DNA of 63,621 bases, the filler included, from Collodictyon triciliatum (taxonomy: Eukaryota): the NCBI GenBank assembly GCA_043381765.1. It is 4 parts of 4 records of this genome, joined end to end, with 100 filler letters (N's around TTAATTAATTAA, not from the genome) between each part and the next. Parts side by side here need not be neighbours in the genome. Positions count along the whole stretch, not along the records: positions 1 to 31,370 come from JBHJMP010000128.1; 3 more parts are not named here. The stretch is one strand, 5' to 3'. Shown here in pieces: positions 1 to 12,000 of the stretch; positions within the stretch are counted from its first letter, which is position 1; every line of letters begins with the position of its first letter. The notes under the pieces were generated by a model. The model had not been told where the DNA came from. It worked only from the letters and a program-made list of their open reading frames with translations, and searched no databases. Position numbers and translations under genes: made by a program.

Positions 1-110
1 TTTTTCTCTTTTCTTTTTTCTCTTTTCTTTTTTCTCTTTTCTTTTTTCTCTTTTCTTTTTTCTCTTTTCTTTTTTCTCTTTTCTCTTTTCTTTTCTTTTC
101 TTTTCTTTTT
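1..110. repeat. Pyrimidine tandem repeat (TTTTTCTCTTTTC-like / TTTTC)n
   Basis: Directly visible. Confidence 0.9.
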
Positions 111-290
111 TGCACTTTTTTATGTGCTTCAGGTACTAGGCTTTGTTAACACAATGTAAAAGCCCTCTGATGACGAAAATATTATTAAAAAAACTTGATG
201 AGTTATTATTTATCTGAATCGTAAGACAAGCCCAGCCATATCAATGTCCTTCCTTTTCTTTTCTTTTTTTAATCGGCAAAATCATCGAAG

Positions 291-3200
291 GGCCATATTT
301 TTCGAGGATGGAAGCGAAGGTATTTCATCATCCGTGGAAACCGACTATTTTACTACATGGATGAGCATTCAAATCAAGAGAAGGGGGTGATTGAACTTGT
401 GGATTGTATTATACTCCCTGTAATGGTACTCTTCTGCATTCCTGACATATTTTCCTATCTAGACTCAAATTACCTTCTTTAAATATAGATGACACCAATT
501 AATTTTGAAAAATAAATATTCTTCTCTGATTATACAACTAACTGATCCAAAATCATACAGCAAATGGACATCAGAGATCCCAGTGAAGGTCCTTTCTGTT
601 TTGAAATATCTTCTGTTTTCCCAAATAGCCATAATCGGAGTACGTATCGTCTTCGGTGTGATTCTGAGCATGATCTTATTGAATGGCTCTTTGCAATTCG
701 AGAGTCTGTCACGATTAAGGTTAAATACCCATGACGACATGTTTCTTCCGTGGATTTAACCATCTATTTCATTTAAGTAACTAAAATATGCCTCTTTTTT
801 TTTTTCTTGATATATTTCCCTCCATTTTGTTCCCAATTACGAATAAATACTTCACAGGCGTCCACATGGGTTGTGAAGCAAGTCAATTCCCCTCCTCAGC
901 TAATCGGCATATTGGTTGTTACATTGAAATCTGGCCAACGGTTCAATGCACGTCATGGATACAACATATTACTTTCTCTAGATAACCAATTTGCCCGACA
1001 GCAGAAAATCGCATCGTCTCAGAGCGGCAGTCATTGTCCAGTCTGGGACGAACATTACTCATTCGCAATATGGAATTCTGAATCCAGGCTTGTTGTGAGA
1101 TTAGCAGTCAGAAAAAGGTAAGAAAATAGCATTCTAAGCAAGGGTTGTAACAAAAAAAAATGAAAAGTAAACTATTAAGGCAAGACACACGCGCTGAAGT
1201 ATACCTATGAATTGCCTTTCAAAATGGTATATTTAGTCACATGCTTAACGTTTCCATCATTTCGGTCTCGAATAGACAGGGTACGATTATGCGCTCCAAT
1301 TATCGCTCAAAAATTAAAGGAATACATTCCTTTTCTCTCGAAGATATATTCCGGATAGAAGGTGGCGTCAGTAAGTGGATTGAACTCCACTCTTTAGGCT
1401 CCCAAGGATTAATGGATAGCTCCATACAAGCAAGAAAAGGAGTTCATAGGACCCAACAATCAGTTTTAACTGAACTTGAAGGCTCTGGAAACCCAGCCGT
1501 GAATATTCAAGTTCAATTCCTTAGTCTAGATACAATTTTGTATCAAGTTCTCGACAGGTGCGAGATGCAACCAAAATTCCCCTTTTCTTCATTTATTATT
1601 CTTTTCTTTGCCCTTTTTATTTGTTCCTTTTTCCAGTACTATGGGATACTAATATCTATTATTGTTATTAAAGTTCTTACATCTAAGATTGTCTCGTGAT
1701 TTGCTTGCTGATAGTACCGCTCCTGTGGTTGCTAGAAGGGCTTAAAATATTCTCCCTGCTGATTAGGTATCAAGACATGTTTACGAATATTATGGATGAC
1801 AAGAACGCTCTAATTGTGTTGTGCAACCATGCTGTGATTCTGAAAGAAAATGAGGTATATTAAGCTAGCTTTCCAATCAATAAGCCAGTCAAGTATTTTA
1901 TCACATAGTTCACGTCTAATAATTTACACTTTAATTTGTTTTTCTTGCCAGGTTTTTAGCACTATCATACATGTCTTTCTACAAAATCGGAAGGTACTTT
2001 CCCTCCTCCAGTGGCTTATTCGAGAAGAGGTGGAAAAGTGCTCTGACTCTAATACTTTATTTCGAACTGATAATATTGTTACCAAGCTGATGTCTTCTTT
2101 TTGGTAAGATACAATCACTTTCAGGGAATATTGTGTCTGCTATTATACTCCGTCCGAAAATGTATTAATATCCAAAATATAACTTCCACACAAGTCGACT
2201 TGTCGGGGCTTGCTATCGGCGCAAGGTTCTGGAGAATTTCGTCAAAGGAGTCTGCGAAAGCCCATTTAAATATGAAGTATAGTATATTCTCAATCTTTTC
2301 TTCTTTTCTTCTTTTCTTCTTTTCTTCTTTTCTTCTTTTCTTCTTTTCTTCTTTTCTTCTTTTCTTCTTTTCTTCTTTTCTTCTTTTCTTCTTTTCTTCT
2401 TTTCTTCTTTTCTACTTTTCTACTTTTCTACTTTTCTACTTTTCTACTTTTCTACTTTTCTACTTTTCTACTTTTCTACTTTTCTACTTTTCTTCTTTTC
2501 TTCTTTTCTTCTTTTCTTCTTTTCATATTTTATTTTACTTTGTTTTCTCCAATTATATACATGCCATCTGATTGTGCTTTTTTGTTATTGTTGTATTTAT
2601 TTTATCATTGTCGTCAAAGCTGGACCCAGATAAAATTTCCACCGGAGAATCGATTGAAGAGAATACGCATAATGTTTTCCATAAAACAGAAGAAGTTGTT
2701 ATGCAGATAATTAACCAAGTGTGCAATTAATTATTTTCATATTATAAATCCGCCATTAAATAAAGCAATTTACTCATTATTTCTATGGTTGTGTCATAAG
2801 AGTATTACAAATCCTTAAATGTAGCCTGCTGAAATTCCTTTGAGCTTCATCGTAATCTGCAAGATACTCTATGATGAAGTATCTCGTAAGTTTGAGGAAG
2901 ATTCGGCGTATAAGGCATTATCGGGTTTCCTGTTTTTAAGATTTCTGTGCCCTGGGCTTGTCTCTCCTGTCCTGATTTATGTGAGCTCAGCTTCAGTCTT
3001 GTTATATCTACAACAATAATAAACTATAACACTTACAAATTAATGAAGTGTAAATAAGAACCCCCTCCGCCTATCTCTTGATTTTTATTCTCTATATTTT
3101 ATTTTAATTTTTTGTCGCTTCCTCTGGGTGTTTTCTGTAGGTCTTGGCATATATCTACTTCAACTCATTCCAAAAAAAAACCCGTTGTAGGAGGATGACC

Positions 3201-3641
3201 CGCTTCTCTTGCCAAAAGAATTTTTGAACATAAGCCCGGAGGCACGAAGAGCATTGGTCATTCTGGGGAAGGTATGGAAGATTGATGCGATATCATTTGT
3301 GTATTTTTTTTTATTTTTTATTTTTATTTTTTGCCTTTGTTGCATTTCTTGATGTGTTTTTAATCACGAGTTTTTTTTTCGTGTTGTTCTCATCTTGATT
3401 TAAAGTCTCACACCAAAAACAAACAAAAAAAAAAAAAAAAAAAAAAAATCTTTCCAAAGCCCCTTTCCATAATATAAATACCAAAGGTAGTCCAACCCCC
3501 CCNNNNNNNNNNNNNNNNNNNNNNNNNNNNNNNNNNNNNNNNNNNNNNNNNNNNNNNNNNNNNNNNNNNNNNNNNNNNNNNNNNNNNNNNNNNNNNNNNN
3601 NNTTTTTTTTAATTTTTTTTAAATTTTTATATAAAATATAA

Positions 3642-3679
<38 letters not shown>

Positions 3680-4449
3680 AAATCTTTCAGAAGTCCCTTT
3701 CCATAATATGAATACCACAGGTAGTCCAATCCCTCGCCAACGAGGTTGGCTTTGGTGTGAAGGAACGCTATCTCGAACGACTGGAGCCTCTCTTGGTCAA
3801 CCTTCGAGCTCCCATGAGGGAATTTTACAACTCCCTCACACTCAAATCCAACGGGCGTTCCAGCACCTCACGACCTCGACTCCTTACGCATGACTACAAC
3901 ATGGCGATTCGTTCGTACGAATCCATTCGCAACTCAAGCACCATGTCATCATCATTGTCTACTGGAGACTTCGACTTTCAGCTTCTCTTGCAGCGGGCAG
4001 ATTTCGACCTCGACCCTTCGCTGCTGAGTCTGAGGCAGTTGACAGCAGATGCCGTCCAGCTGCACCGTTTTTTGCTGCAGCACCCCATCCCCGACGACCT
4101 GCAGCTTCTTTATTCGGTGACTGAGCCTCTCGGCCTTGTGAGTGTAGAGGAGATGAAAGCGCACGGAATCCGTGCGTGGAGTCGCGTTATCGACGGTCTC
4201 CGCCAGAATGGAACAGAGGAAGCCATCCGCATGTCGCACTTGGTCACGAGCCAAGTCTCCTTGCCTCACCCGCCTCACCAAGAGGCTCGCGGTCCCCAAC
4301 CATTCGCCGCAGCGCAGGAAACAAACACCGCAGCACTTTCAGCAGCCACCCATGACCATTGCGAACGCCAAACTCTCATCACAGTAATGCGCGTCCTCAA
4401 TCCAACAGACCCGCTCTATATCCTCCCAAAGATGGCTGCTCGGAAGTGA
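291..4449 (+). CDS. PH-C2-RasGAP domain Ras GTPase-activating protein (multi-exon; 5' end probably upstream of the window)
   Basis: GT-AG exons join in phase. PH: GHIFRGWKRRYFIIRGNRLFYY...EKGVIEL and PFCFEI...YRLRCDSEHDLIEWLFAI. C2: LVVTLKSG...HCPVWDEHYSF. RasGAP: TLFRTDNIVTK (arginine finger), YELDPDK, SGFLFLRFLCPGLVSP (FLR motif), RRALVILGKVVQSLANEVGFGVKE. Stop TGA at 4449. Confidence 0.9.
2295..2524. repeat. Intronic (TTTTCTTC)n/(TTTTCTAC)n tandem repeat
   Basis: 8-nt unit with an internal block of the CTAC variant, inside a RasGAP intron. Confidence 0.9.
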
Positions 4450-5130
4450 CCGCGGTGCTGCTTCGTTTATACTGGTAATTCTCTCGCTCTGCAGCGTGCT
4501 TTTCTGGTCTCTGGCTCCTCGACAACCTACGCCTCTCCCTCGGTGGCCAATCTGTTTCAAACTCCAAACCCTTTCATATTATTCAGTACGGAGACAAGCA
4601 TGATAAATGAAGAGATAAGGAAAAGTTATTGAGAGTATTTGTTTCATGAAATCAAATTAGCGGCGTATGTCTTACACCAGACTGCCAGCCGACTGTTGCG
4701 AGTGTATGTGCAGGTCTTACCAGGCTTCAGTCCCGAGCGTGGCGACACCTTTCCCTTCATGCCACCAACCTCTTTTCCTTTTTCTTTTCTTTTTTTTTAA
4801 AAAATCTTTATGGCAGTTTCTCACAGGTGGTAGAGTCTATGAGCATGGGCTCTTGGGCAGCGTTTGTGGCTTCCGGGTGGTTAGGTGTCGCTGGTTTTGG
4901 TTGTGCTGGTGATAAGCCATGAAAGAAGGTGAGATAAAAGAGGAGAATGTGAGTGAGGCTCGTCTATGAGCAGGAATTGAGGCGTGCGAATAGCCCCATA
5001 GATGATGTGGTGGACCCTCCTCATGATTTGCCGGGAAATAAAACGAGGACGCAAAGAAAACACAAAGAACCCAGGGACTACGCTGTCGAATGAGCGAAGC
5101 AGCATCCCGTGTACACAACTTCTTAGGCGC

Positions 5131-7762
5131 TTAGTAGGGTGCTGGATGAGTGATGAGTGATGAGTGGGTGTTTGATTCATGTTAGTTTGTAATGAGGAAG
5201 AGGGAAAAGCAAGTAATGCAAAGGCCTCCTCATAATAACACGAGGCTTAGAGTTCATGTGCATAATCAAAGGGCAGGGCAACCATGACATTGAGACCGCC
5301 CCTGTGCACACATTATGCAAGCACAAGGAAGGATTGCGTATGTGTGTGTAACACTTACATGTGACGACTTGGGCGTAGTGATGAGAGCTGGTGTGTCCGC
5401 TGCGCTCTCCAAACACATCCTTGCGGTACTGGTAGAACAGCACAGCAGCACCAAAAGCAATTAGAATGGGGCCGACGATAACTCCGACAAGGAAAAGAGC
5501 ATCACGAGCATCCTGGTCGACAGTACCCGCGAAAATAAAGGGTGTTACAACTTAGTTAAACAGGGCGTAGGAAAAATGGTTTGTTCATCACGGCAAGGGA
5601 AGTGAAAAAGTCCTTGCAAGCAGAGTTTGGGAGATGAATGTGGATACCCTTGAGAGAAATTAAGAAGTTACCTGGGCAAAGTAAACTTGGTCCTTAAACT
5701 CGTTGGCCAGCTTGTCATTGATGGCACCGCGCTCGGTAAACCAAAGGTGTGGCATGTAGATTTCAGGCAAGTTTTGGTATTCTGACCCAGGGAGGAAGAA
5801 AGACTTCTGAAGCTTGACGTTAACTTGAGCACGTCTGGCTCCATCCATCATAGTCCCGAGGAAAGGCTCGATGGCGAGATAAGTATCGTGCTTCTCAGCA
5901 TCTGGTTTCATTCCGTCCACAGCATTTGAGAGCGTCTCATTTGCGTCTAGATATATCGAGAGTAGCTCAGTCAGCATTAATTTCACTCTTGTAGTGATTG
6001 ATATTAACATGCGCTGATGATGATACAAAAGCATATACATCTTTTGTGGAGTAGCCAAGTGTGCTGGTATATGGAGAATTAGAATAGTACAGAGGAAGTG
6101 GGCACGGCTGATGAAGACTGGGATGGGTGGGCCTTCGATGGGACCGATGGCGTATTTGATCACGTTGACAGCCGTAACGTTGAACATGCCATCCGGGCCA
6201 TCATACAAGAAGAAATCGCTCTTTTGGAAAGTCTGCATTATTTTTTTCAATATTAGTGGGATATTTGGCCTCGACGTATAAGTAAATCGTTTTGGTGGTT
6301 GATGTGTGAAAGAGAAGCAAACGCAATAACGATCACTTTTGAAATGGAGTAGTACATAGATATCATCCTATCAAAATACGATTCATTCAAAAAAAGTGAG
6401 TGAAGAAATTAAATGGAACCTCTGGTGCAATACGGTACTCGTTCAGTTTGATTCCCTTAACGGTCTTTTCGCGGTAGTAATTAAGTTTAACCTGGCGGTA
6501 CGCATCATCATCCCACACGACAATAGAATCCTCCTTCTTGAGGTTACGCTTGAACTGTCTCTTCTCTGTTCCAGAGATTTTATGCTTGTCCTTGTAGCAA
6601 TTGCGGAGGTAAGTGTCACCCTCCCAGAGGTCAAGATTTGTGACTTGGTCTTTGTAGTTAACGCCTGTGTACTGTCCGCGGAATGGATACTTCCCAGCGC
6701 AGGCTTCCTAGAATGTTTTATCACTTGAATTATCTATGTGTACATGGCTGTATTTTCTTCTTTTTATGTGCATGATGCATGAGAAGCTCTGGCATTTGAA
6801 CCACAGGTAAAGCCCGAGAAGAAAGGCTCTTGGGAAAACTTGCCTTTGAAGTGCAATTGTAGAAGAGATTGATTGGCACTTCGACGACAACAGGCCGCGG
6901 TCCTGGAACTCTGTTTTGTTAATAAAAGTGTGTCATAGAAATTAGAAGTTGCATGCACAGAACAAGATGGAAAAAAAATTATACGGTTTTCATTTGACTT
7001 ATGATGGATGCTAACCCGGATTTTAAATAAAAGAGGGGGAAACATACGTGGCCGTGACAGTGTAGTTGAATACCAGCTGTTCAACGGTGAGGTCGATGTA
7101 TGGAGGAGTAGAAGCAGTAGCGAGTCTAGGACCGACTTTATAGAACAGACTCAAGTATCCAAGGTTGAGCACTTTGAAGACATCCTGGTCGGACAGGCCA
7201 CTGTGTAATAGATAGCCACACAATCATTGGCATGAAAAGAGAAGAAAAAGACAGGTTGTTCCATGGCGCATGGAGTCGATCATATATCGAAAGAACGCGT
7301 GCACCCGGCGAACTACCGCTTAGTTGTGGTTTGCATTTGCTTTCGTGCAAGTAGGAGGGGACTCACTTGGACAACTCCGGCTCGAACACATAATAGCGAT
7401 AGCGGTGGAAGGAAACAAAGTCCTCGTTCAGGCTGAACTCGGTATCGAACTTCTCCCAGTAGATGCGGTATGTGTAAGGACCAACTTCCTGGAAGAGAGG
7501 GTACTTAGTTTGTAAGTTTGCGTTCTTTGACAAACTCGCGAAGGGCCGAGATTCAAGAAGGAAGAGGATAGTCTATAAGTACGAGTGGAAATAGCTCGCA
7601 AATGGGGCGTTATCTACATACATTGAGAACAGGTTTGACCGAGCTGTCAGCAAGGACTTGCTCCAGGTTGGTGAAGTTCCAGATGTAGAACTCGTAGTAC
7701 TCTGGCGGATGCTCGTCAGGGTTGTAGTTGTTTTTCCAGTTGTCGTAGCGTTCTTTGTTGAC
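5131..7762 (-). CDS. CD36/LIMP-2 family class B scavenger receptor (N-terminus lost in gap 7837-8449; alternative last exon 4808-4905)
   Basis: Exons encode EFYIWNFTN...KPVLNEVGPYTYR, YVFEPELS, PVFISRAHFLYAN, GMKPDAEKHDTYLAIEPFLG, MPHLWFTERG. C-terminal TM ALFLVGVIVGPILIAFGAAVLFY is followed by a YAQV (YxxPhi) tail. Confidence 0.9.
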
Positions 7763-9096
7763 CTGTCGAGATTGAACGATGACTTATGCAACGCCTCTCC
7801 ACAGAAAAGAAAAGAAAGGCAGCTTGTTTTCCTCTTNNNNNNNNNNNNNNNNNNNNNNNNNNNNNNNNNNNNNNNNNNNNNNNNNNNNNNNNNNNNNNNN
7901 NNNNNNNNNNNNNNNNNNNNNNNNNNNNNNNNNNNNNNNNNNNNNNNNNNNNNNNNNNNNNNNNNNNNNNNNNNNNNNNNNNNNNNNNNNNNNNNNNNNN
8001 NNNNNNNNNNNNNNNNNNNNNNNNNNNNNNNNNNNNNNNNNNNNNNNNNNNNNNNNNNNNNNNNNNNNNNNNNNNNNNNNNNNNNNNNNNNNNNNNNNNN
8101 NNNNNNNNNNNNNNNNNNNNNNNNNNNNNNNNNNNNNNNNNNNNNNNNNNNNNNNNNNNNNNNNNNNNNNNNNNNNNNNNNNNNNNNNNNNNNNNNNNNN
8201 NNNNNNNNNNNNNNNNNNNNNNNNNNNNNNNNNNNNNNNNNNNNNNNNNNNNNNNNNNNNNNNNNNNNNNNNNNNNNNNNNNNNNNNNNNNNNNNNNNNN
8301 NNNNNNNNNNNNNNNNNNNNNNNNNNNNNNNNNNNNNNNNNNNNNNNNNNNNNNNNNNNNNNNNNNNNNNNNNNNNNNNNNNNNNNNNNNNNNNNNNNNN
8401 NNNNNNNNNNNNNNNNNNNNNNNNNNNNNNNNNNNNNNNNNNNNNNNNNAGTGGCCATCTGAGAGAGCTTGGCCGTAGTCTTGGGACAGAGTCCTGCTTG
8501 TCTCTGTGTTGATTGATCGGTTGGGGCTGCTTGGCCAAAGGGATTCCTGTCGGGCTGGCGGCTTGTTGGATGGCGAAAGTTGTCGAGGAAGACACCCGAT
8601 TTTTTCAATGAAAACTGTTTATTCTGGAAGAGATGCCTTCGATTGACAAGTTTCTCTGCTTTCATCTATTTTTGGTAAAAGTTTCGTAGACATCCTCAAG
8701 CAAATATATGCTGGTGGCGCTATACCCATTGTGGTGCGCCTCAAGAGTACATTTACGGTCACACATCATTTTAATATAGACCTGTATACTATAATGTACT
8801 TAATTGTGGGGCAACAACGCGTCATTAAATTATTAAAATTATATTAGCATATATTCCGCATATATTATGTGTATCTGGAATCTAAAGAACCGTTGCTGTG
8901 TTGCCTACCACAACCAGGATCGAGACCAGAGGCACACTCTGCCAGCCTGCAAGAGGTGACAAGACCAACCCAGCCTTCACAGCAAGCAACTGACAGACAG
9001 AAGAATACAAAAGAGATCAACTAATATTTTCTTTCAAAATACCCCCAAAAAGTAAAGAAGTAAGCCTCGACAGCCCATCCCAATCCGTCGTATTTG

Positions 9097-12000
9097 ATGG
9101 ATCTGGACAAACTGGTTACCTTCGCGCACAAAGTGGCAGCCCAAGGCGAGTCAGATCCCTCGTCTCCATCGGTACGTTTTCAGAGCACTATAAAGTGGAT
9201 CTCTAAAAATCATGAATGCGCATCCTTCGCTCCTTGGTGGTGGTATTGTGATTGAGTATTCCTTCTTGTATGGCGGCATATTTCTTGGGTTTTTTTTTTC
9301 ATGACTCGCCTTCATCAAATATTCTTTTGAAAACCAGGACTCCTTTTTAGATATAAAAACAACCACAAAAAAAAAAAAAAAAAAAAAGAAAACCAAATAA
9401 TATTGGCATCATGTATGACAAACTGCTCACGGGTTTGCAGGAAACAACCGATAAGATCCAGATAGTACAGAGTCTTTTGGCTCTTCCAGTGGGTCCTCCT
9501 CCCGCTCCGCCCCAGCTCGAGCAGCCTGAGGAACTCTATTTAAAGCCTGGACATATTAAGGTCAAAACGATATATACCTATGTATATTATTTTAACATAG
9601 ATAAAATAGAAAACTGGAAATCGTTCTGAACGAAGCCTTGGCAGAAAATGGAACTTTTAAACAAACGGATATTCATCAGTTTTCTATGAAGATAATATAT
9701 GATATTGCAGCCATTTAATCCCAATATGACTCAATTCATTCCTGCTGTACAGTCCGTCGGTGGTATCGTCGATATATACAACTTGTTGTGGACACGCGAC
9801 ATCAGAGGTCGATGTTGCCCTGGGGTGTACATTCCGGACACAGTTTTGATGGGCGAAAAACACATGGAGGTTTTTTATACATCCAATGTGAAAATCATAG
9901 AATTTAAATTCGTGCTGGTGCTTTGAATTTTGATGGATATGTCTCAGGTAGGTAATGCATCGACTTCGTTGTAATGAGTGATATATTTTTGTTTCTATCC
10001 TGCCTCTCGATACATACTCTAGGTTTGGTATTTCATGTCGAATGCTGATGGGACTATTCGAAGAAAAAACACATTCAACCTATTGGAAGATAAGCTGATT
10101 GAAACTTTCTCGAATATTCCCACTCCTCCTCAAAACCCTCAAATGCCTCCTAAGCACAAACTCCCCTACGAAATTGTCGGATATTTCATGAAAGCCAACC
10201 CCGATGCAAAAGGTATTATTCTCATTTCACCAGTTCCATGAAACTTTCTCTGCATGAAATGCGGAGAGGTTGATACTTTCTCTATTGTATATATCAGCGA
10301 ATGTATCAGGTGTAGAGATGCTGCATTCAGCAATAACCGACAGTTACGAGTTTTTTTGGGATATGCGTCATGATTAAAGGCCTTCACTGATTATATTTTT
10401 TTTTAGAGACGTCCATTATCGAATACATGAACGAAAAATCGCTCAGTAAGGAAGCACTGCAATAACACAACTGCGCACAAAAATGCTTAGCATTTCTTAT
10501 TCAATCAATAAACATTATGCCATTGTCATATGAGATTTTGTACATTTTTTTTTTTAAAGAAATGTATAGGCATATGATATTTTTGGAAAAGAAATATCAC
10601 GAAGGAATCCTATATTCAGGTGAATTTTTATACGGCGAAAAATTTTCCCGCGGGTTTCTACAAAAATTCATAGAGCCAAAGGGCCAAAGCAACGGTATAT
10701 ACTAATGATCACATGGATATCAATAATGTTTATTTGTCATAAGAAGTTGTTCATGAAGATTTTATTGCATAAATGATGATTTGCACAACTCCATCGCATT
10801 ATTTGATTTTGTTTAGTCTGAGGCGATCATTTGTTACTAGCATTAATCAGAGCTATGTGGTCACCACAAATATGCCTACTGGAAAAGCGTGTGAACCGAT
10901 TCAAAGTTAATGACCGTAAAATGGATATGGCATCTAGGGCGGCAACTTTTGACTCTGTTGACTACTATAGTACACCAGGTACTCGTATAGCTTAATTATA
11001 AAATGTATTTGTATGCGATAACCATTTTTAAGATCGAAATATATTTATCAACACCCTGAAATGATAATTTTTTTCTTAAACTACAATCCTTACGATAAAA
11101 ATGAACATAACGGCAATATAATTTTACGTTAGAATAAAATCATCATGTTAACCATGTACATACCTTATGGAACAGTGTCTTTTCGAATCTAGTCTACTCA
11201 CAAAAAAAAATAATCGCTATCTCAGTCCCCATGGTGAGCGAGGTTTTGTCTCAGAGGGTTAGACAGCTATGCGCAAATATAATTGAACACATAGAAGGCC
11301 TGTGTAGACACCATCACAGGTTCATACATACGCAAACCACCAAGAAAGATTTCCCTCTCTTTTGTGAGAACCATCCACTAAATTGTGCTATTGACCTGTT
11401 CGGTAAATAGGGTTAGATATGCAGAATTTTTCTTGAAAACAGACGACTATGACCAGTTATGGTTTTTATGGTGTTCCTCACTCAAATTCATGGGACAGGT
11501 TAGATGTGTATTATCTTTGTAGTCGAAATACTTTGGGGACTGAATGATAAGCTACAGCTTACTTTAAATTCTAATTTACTTATGAATAGTTTTTTCATTC
11601 AAAACAAACAAGAGAAAAAAGAAGAAAGAGAACCACAAACCCAATCCTAACAACAAAGATTAATCATCGCTCTATAAACATTTTACGGGGGCAGGGCCAA
11701 TATGATTCTAACCCCCTCCAGAATTCGTTGGATGAATCCGTTATGAAGCTTGATAGTGGAACAACCAATCAGCTCAGGGTTAACAGAACATTTGAATGCC
11801 CTAGTTGTTTACAGATTTGTGGTAATTATTTAATTTTAAAAAAAAGAAAAAATCACGCATCCTATCACAATTATCCTTTGCACTGCAACTGATTGGCAAT
11901 ACTGGTGCAAATAGAAAATTTGAAGAAGTACGAAATGACTTACAAGACTGCCATTGCTCAATATCAAGATGTAAGTAAAAAGGCAACGCTATTTGAAGCT

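Noticed and set aside
1688-1770. Apparent in-frame TAA/TAG suggesting stop-codon reassignment
   Set aside because: A downstream acceptor (GATTAG|G at 1766) gives an open frame. All genes reconstruct with the standard code and end in TAA, TAG or TGA.
3440-3740. Imperfect direct duplication of the RasGAP last-exon acceptor region on both sides of a gap
   Set aside because: The degraded copy follows poly-A and abuts Ns, typical of a low-quality read end or gap overlap.
8900-8915. X-box-like GTTGCCTACCACAAC, and the TGTTGCAACA palindrome upstream of BBS5 (~49008)
   Set aside because: Poor match to the RFX consensus and not shared by the IFT80 upstream region.
10753-10821. ATGATGA...CTGA in an intron as a candidate C/D snoRNA
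   Set aside because: The boxes are only ~50 nt apart, with no terminal stem or recognisable rRNA antisense element.
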